From contig JBHGNT010000001.1 in NCBI GenBank assembly GCA_043228905.1, positions 18,786,001-18,850,000 of the forward strand: DNA of 64,000 nucleotides, given 5' to 3'. The DNA is from Azolla caroliniana. Taxonomy: Eukaryota > Plantae > Polypodiophyta. The notes below the pieces were generated by a model. That model made no database searches and was not told the origin of the DNA. It saw only the letters and a list, made by a program, of their open reading frames with translations. Below are positions 59,221 to 64,000 of this stretch, piece after piece. The position numbers were made by a program, and so were the translations under genes. Position 1 is the stretch's first letter. Each line of letters starts with the position of its first letter.

Positions 59221-62200
59221 GTCCAGCCAAAATAGGAGCCGTTTGGTTGGACAGCCCTAGATCTGTGCAGCCCATTAGTGGTTCCATTCCCTCTAAGCAA
59301 GTTAGTGATGTGTTCGTAGTCCAAGTAGCAGTTAGTACTAAAAGTACCCCTCCAGTACATACCTTAGCCCTTCTAGATTCCGGAGCTAATTCTTGCTTCA
59401 TGGATAGGAATTTTGCCCGAGCTCATCAGATATCTCTCAGAAAGCTCCCATGTCCAGCCTCAGTAGTAGTCATTGATGGTCGTCCCATTGCTTCTGGTAA
59501 TATCATAGAAGAGTCGGAACCCGTTAATATTGTCCTAGATAACTTAACATGTGTAGTATCATTTAATATTATTAGTATTCCAGAACATCCCATAGTTTTA
59601 GGATTACCATGGTTCGAGTTACATGACCCAGACATAGATTGGAGGACAAGGGAAATCCGGTTGCGACAAACCCAAGGATCTACCCAGAAGGTTGCAACCA
59701 TTTCGCTACGTCAGTTGCGTGAGGAAGGGCGCAAGGAGGAAATGTTTCTCTTTGCAATATCAGTACAACCCTCCAGCACCACCAAAGAGGAGTCCACCGT
59801 TCAACTTCCCGAGAAGTATCGTCAGTATGCTGATGTGTTCGATAAAGTACAAGCCAACACACTTCCTCATCATCGGCCGTACGACTGCGCCATCGACTTA
59901 CAACCGGGAAAAGAACCGCCATGGGGGCCGATCTACAATTTGTCACCAACCGAGCTAGAAGTCCTTCGAGCCTATATAGAGGAGAATTTGGAGAACGGTT
60001 TCATTCGGCATTCGAAATCTCCAGCCGGCGCACCCATTTTCTTCGTCAAGAAAAAAGATGGCTCGCTTCGACTCGTTGTAGATTACCGTGGCTTGAATAA
60101 GGTCACAGTAAGAAATAGGTATGCTCTTCCCCTTATCTCAAGTCTTTTAGAACGGATCAACGGTGCCAGGTTCTTCACGAAGATCGACTTACGAGGAGCC
60201 TATAACCTCGTACGGATCCGACCAGGAGATGAATGGAAGACCGCGTTTCGCACCAGATATGGGCACTTCGAGTATACGGTCATGCCGTTCGGACTCACTA
60301 ATGCGCCGGCAGTCTTCCAGCACATGGCGAATGATATATTTCGAGATCTCTTGGATGATTTTTTGATCATCTATTTGGATGATCTACTGGTTTATTCAAA
60401 GACCCAAGAAGAACATGATTCTCATGTACTATTAGTACTAAAACGACTTCGAGAACATGGTCTGTATGCAAAGTTAGAGAAATGTAGTTTCGGGTGCAAC
60501 CAAGTGGAGTTTCTCGGCTATGTCATCTCCTCAGAAGGCATATCTATGGACCCAGCCAAGGTCAAAACGGTGATAGAATGGCACACTCCGCGTTCGGTGC
60601 GGGATGTGCAATGCTTCCTAGGCTTTGCAAATTTCTACCGGAAGTTCATACAAAATTACTCAAAAATTGTGCTGCCTCTCACACAGCTCACCAGGAAGGG
60701 ACAATCATTCATTTGGTCTAAAGAGACGGACATGGCTTTCGAGAGTCTTAAGAAGGCGTTTACATCAGCTCCAATTTTAGGTCATGTGGATCCGGAAAAA
60801 CCATTCATTATCGAAGCTGATGCATCGGATTTCGCATTGGGGAGCATTCTGTCACAACAGGGTAACGACGAGAAGCTACATCCTGTGGCTTTCCACTCCC
60901 GTAAGTTTGACGCCGCCGAAATCAACTACGAAATTCATGATAAAGAGCTATTAGCAATAGTTGATTCTTTTATGCAATGGAGGCATTTCCTGGAGGGATC
61001 TCCTCATCAGGTCACTGTATTCAGTGACCACAAGAACCTTGCCTACTTTCAAGATGCTCGTGTACTGAATCGACGTCAAGCTCGGTGGGCCCACTTCCTC
61101 ACACGCTTCGACTTCAAAATTACATATCGTCCGGGGAAGCACCAAGGGAAGGCAGATGCATTATCACGGCGTTCGTATCTAACACCACGTCCCAGTGAGC
61201 CAGCTTTCGATAACCAGAAGCAAGTAATCTTGGGTCCAGCACGACTGCAAGCAGCACAGATCTTTGACATGCCCGTGGATTCCGACATTACCAATACTAT
61301 ACGTGAGGACTTGAAGACTGATGCTTTCGCCCAAGCTATACTAGCACAAATTGACCCCTCTCGAGCGTCATGTTCACAATCACAATCACCAGGTACAGAT
61401 TATCGGCAATTCAAATACTGTGATGGATTACTCTTCTTTAAAGAACTTTTGTATGTTCCTAATGGTTCTTGCCGCCTTCGAGTAGTACAAAACTGCCATG
61501 ACACATATACAGCAGGACATTTTGGTAGTACTAAAACATTAGATTTAGTACAACGATCATTCTGGTGGCCCCGTATGCGACAATTTGTCGAAGATTTTGT
61601 TCGGACTTGCGATACATGCTGCAGAGCGAAAATGCCAAGACATCATCCATATGGTTTATTAGAACCATTACCAATTCCAAGCAAGCCATGGCAATCCATT
61701 GCTCTTGACTTCATTACAGATCTTCCAGTCTCTAAGGGATTCAGTGCGATTCTCACAGTGGTGGATCGATATACGAAGATGGCTCATTTCTTACCATGTA
61801 CTAAAGAAATATCTAGTGAAGACACCGCCGAAATTGTCATGCGGGAAGTATGTCGGCATCATGGACTCCCTGATAATATCATCAGCGATCGTGGACCCCA
61901 GTTTGTGTCAAAATTCTGGAAGCACCTTTTTAAAATGCTGAAGGTCACTTGTAACCTCTCCTCCGGCTACCACCCACAAACCGACGGTCAAGCCGAACGA
62001 ACAAATCAAACACTGGAGCAGTATCTGCGGTGCTTTCTCAACTATCATCAGAATGACTGGGCAGATATTCTTCAGTTCGCCGAATTTGCCTATAATAACG
62101 CTATCCACGCATCGACTAAAGTCACGCCATTCTACGCTTATACGGGATATCATCCCCGGTGGTGTGTCCTTGAAACCCCAGAAGTGTCCACAAATCCTTG

Positions 62201-62804
62201 CGCGGAGGATCGTTTGGAGCAGTTACGCAAGATACAAGCGGATTTATCTACTCAACTCCAGCAAGCTCAACAATCACACAAGGACTACGCAGATCGTCAT
62301 CGACTTCCATCCAGTTTTAACATTGGAGATCGGGTGTGGCTGCTACGACGACACATCAAGACTACTCGCCCATGTGAGAAGTTGGATTATCGACGATTAG
62401 GTCCTTTCCGTATTATCGGGAAGATTAATGATGTCGCTTTTCGTCTCGAGCTACCTCCGCAACTTCGGATACACCCGGTGTTTCATAGTTCTCTCCTCGA
62501 ACCCTATCACGAGAGCACTATCCCAGGACGTACTATACAACCTCCACCTCCTATCGAGCTCGAAGATGGACCTGAGTATGAGGTCGCTGCCATCCTCGAT
62601 TCCAAGATTGTTCGCAACAAGCTCTACTATCTAGTCGATTGGCTAGGATATAGTCCCAGCGAGCGTACTTGGGAACCGATCGAGAATGTGACCAATGCTC
62701 GTGCTCTTCTAGAAGACTTCCATCGACGATATCCCGAGAAACCGGGTCCTCAATCCAAAACGACTCGTGAAACTCGTCGTTTTAAAGGGGGGATAGTGTC
62801 ATAA
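59193..62804 (+). CDS. Pol (PR-RT-RH-INT-chromodomain) of element F
   Basis: ALLDSGA, YLDDLL, EADASD..NYEIHDKELLA, GHFG..C..C, ISDRGPQF, HPQTDGQAE, chromodomain EYEVAAILDS..YLVDWLGY..TWEP. Confidence 0.96.
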   Translation, partial: PIRRRVKRLSPAKIGAVWLDSPRSVQPISGSIPSKQVSDVFVVQVAVSTKSTPPVHTLALLDSGANSCFMDRNFARAHQISLRKLPCPASVVVIDGRPIASGNIIEESEPVNIVLDNLTCVVSFNIISIPEHPIVLGLPWFELHDPDIDWRTREIRLRQTQGSTQKVATISLRQLREEGRKEEMFLFAISVQPSSTTKEESTVQLPEKYRQYADVFDKVQANTLPHHRPYDCAIDLQPGKEPPWGPIYNLSPTELEVLRAYIEENLENGFIRHSKSPAGAPIFFVKKKDGSLRLVVDYRGLNKVTVRNRYALPLISSLLERINGARFFTKIDLRGAYNLVRIRPGDEWKTAFRTRYGHFEYTVMPFGLTNAPAVFQHMANDIFRDLLDDFLIIYLDDLLVYSKTQEEHDSHVLLVLKRLREHGLYAKLEKCSFGCNQVEFLGYVISSEGISMDPAKVKTVIEWHTPRSVRDVQCFLGFANFYRKFIQNYSKIVLPLTQLTRKGQSFIWSKETDMAFESLKKAFTSAPILGHVDPEKPFIIEADASDFALGSILSQQGNDEKLHPVAFHSRKFDAAEINYEIHDKELLAIVDSFMQWRHFLEGSPHQVTVFSDHKNLAYFQDARVLNRRQARWAHFLTRFDFKITYRPGKHQGKADALSRRSYLTPRPSEPAFDNQKQVILGPARLQAAQIFDMPVDSDITNTIREDLKTDAFAQAILAQIDPSRASCSQSQSPGTDYRQFKYCDGLLFFKELLYVPNGSCRLRVVQNCHDTYTAGHFGSTKTLDLVQRSFWWPRMRQFVEDFVRTCDTCCRAKMPRHHPYGLLEPLPIPSKPWQSIALDFITDLPVSKGFSAILTVVDRYTKMAHFLPCTKEISSEDTAEIVMREVCRHHGLPDNIISDRGPQFVSKFWKHLFKMLKVTCNLSSGYHPQTDGQAERTNQTLEQYLRCFLNYHQNDWADILQFAEFAYNNAIHASTKVTPFYAYTGYHPRWCVLETPEVSTNPCAEDRLEQLRKIQADLSTQLQQAQQSHKDYADRHRLPSSFNIGDRVWLLRRHIKTTRPCEKLDYRRLGPFRIIGKINDVAFRLELPPQLRIHPVFHSSLLEPYHESTIPGRTIQPPPPIELEDGPEYEVAAILDSKIVRNKLYYLVDWLGYSPSERTWEPIENVTNARALLEDFHRRYPEKPGPQSKTTRETRRFKGGIVS
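59208..59252 (+). promoter_or_regulatory. Putative -1 ribosomal frameshift signal
   Basis: G TTA AAC heptamer just before the gag stop, 6-nt spacer, stem GTCCAGCCAAA/TTTGGTTGGAC; pol lies in the -1 frame, open from 59193. Confidence 0.75.
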
Positions 62805-63086
62805 CTAGACTCGAACCCATAACCTTTTGTTACACGGGTCGAGACTTTACCATTAGGTTATGAGTTGTAATTTGAAGGATATTATTTTCATTTAGGTTTT
62901 ATTAGGAAATTGATGTATATTCCAGATTTCTCTGGAACATTCTAGAAACTTCAGGAGTATTCCTGAAGACACTATAAAAGGAGGCGCAAGGCATTAGTTC
63001 GAACCAAATCGGTTCAACGCCAGTCTTAAGCCTTCTAACTACTGTTGTATATCTTCCGTCATATAATACATATATCTTTCGCATCA

Positions 63087-63124
<38 letters not shown>

Positions 63125-64000
63125 ACTCATTCCTTCTCTCAAAGTTCGACGCCTCTCATAGTACTAATCCTTCTCTGTCTTAGTACTATTCCCCAACAAT
63201 AGTACTAATCCTTCTTTTAGTACTAATTCCTTCTCTGCCTTAATAGAGTTCCTGACAGGAACCGGCTTGAGACTCCACGGTACATGCGGTACCGTGAAGA
63301 TACCATTGGCTCCACGATAGTCGGGTCGACGCACCTGATCTCTCCCGACGAGAGAACGAAGGCTCTCCCGTGCCTTCCGAGCATTCTCCGAAACCAGTCT
63401 TCCTCCGCGGGCAGTAGGAAGCCACCCCCACCGATCTTGATCTCCTGTAGCATCTCGTTGGGGAACGAATGTCCTATGCCGACCGGATTTCATAAACTTG
63501 GGTCGGCCATGACCCCTTTCATCTGCTTCCAGCTGTCCTCCGGCAAGGGAGCCACAACTGGCCTCACCTTCCAGTCCATTGTCTTGTATTCCGTGCTCAC
63601 TAGGGCCGTTCAATCTGACCCAACCATCCTTCCGAAGTCCGCGATAACTTCGTACATTTTGACCGAACCAACCAGAATAATCTGGTCTTCGCGTAGGTCC
63701 TCTTCGGTCATCCTCTCAATCTCTCGAGAGTGTCGTCAAATGAGACCGCCTCCACAGCGTTTCTGACCTCGTCTTCAAAGTCCAAGGTGCCATAGGCCTT
63801 CCAACATTTTTTGACCCGCTTCTTCTCCCGGCCACCGATGCCGGTTATGATACAACTGTCACAGACACACCAAGTGTGGACTAAGACGGAGCACGGATGA
63901 TGAGGGTACGACGGAGCGATGACGGAATGACACAAGAGCATAAAGATAGAGATGGAGATTAACGAGAGAAGATGGGCAAAATGAGAATACTAGATTTATA

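Larger units (their letters stand above)
57502..63257 (+). mobile_element. Intact, very young Tcn1-like chromovirus ('element F')
   Basis: 461-bp LTRs 57502-57962 and 62797-63257, identical by eye; TSD GGAAC; PPT AAAGGGGGGATAG; intact gag and pol. Confidence 0.97.
38241..64000 (-). mobile_element. Decayed Ty3/gypsy ('element G'), host of elements D and F; LTR 38241-38929; runs off the window
   Basis: PPT GGTGAGGGTGGA + TGTCGTGAAG at 38929; integrase tail 39054-39293; integrase/RH 55174-56600; RT YSNRWFTVPKKNG..DLQP / DLYSGYDQF / PFLDD 56700-57500; continues at 63263. Confidence 0.8.

Overview
Eukaryotic, transposon-saturated plant DNA with no host gene. The Tcn1-type chromoviruses and Phygy/Tat-like elements suggest a non-seed land plant, probably a bryophyte (inference). 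The window is a nest of at least 10 LTR retrotransposons or fragments: one intact Ty1/copia (13189-18771), one intact self-priming chromovirus (57502-63257), two full-length but decayed non-chromovirus Ty3/gypsy elements with an extra 3' ORF (38-9391 minus; 39407-55168 plus), and several relics. It also holds an apparently intact 11.3 kb Sola2-like DNA transposon (25819-37153) inside a small hAT-like element. Most striking: (1) both full-length non-chromovirus gypsy elements lack a polypurine tract and instead carry, 2 nt from the 3' LTR, a sequence resembling a tRNA 3' end (..GTCCCACGGGCGTGCCA), i.e. an inverted second PBS within a covarying hairpin, suggesting tRNA- or tRNA-mimic-primed plus-strand synthesis; (2) the Sola2-like element carries a spliced transposase plus a convergent 6-exon RING-finger gene and a degenerate FCP1-like phosphatase ORF, with introns packed with TAGCTAATTAGCTA palindrome arrays; (3) the chromovirus LTRs begin with an antisense tRNA-like A/B-box module. 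All calls are by eye; no searches were run.
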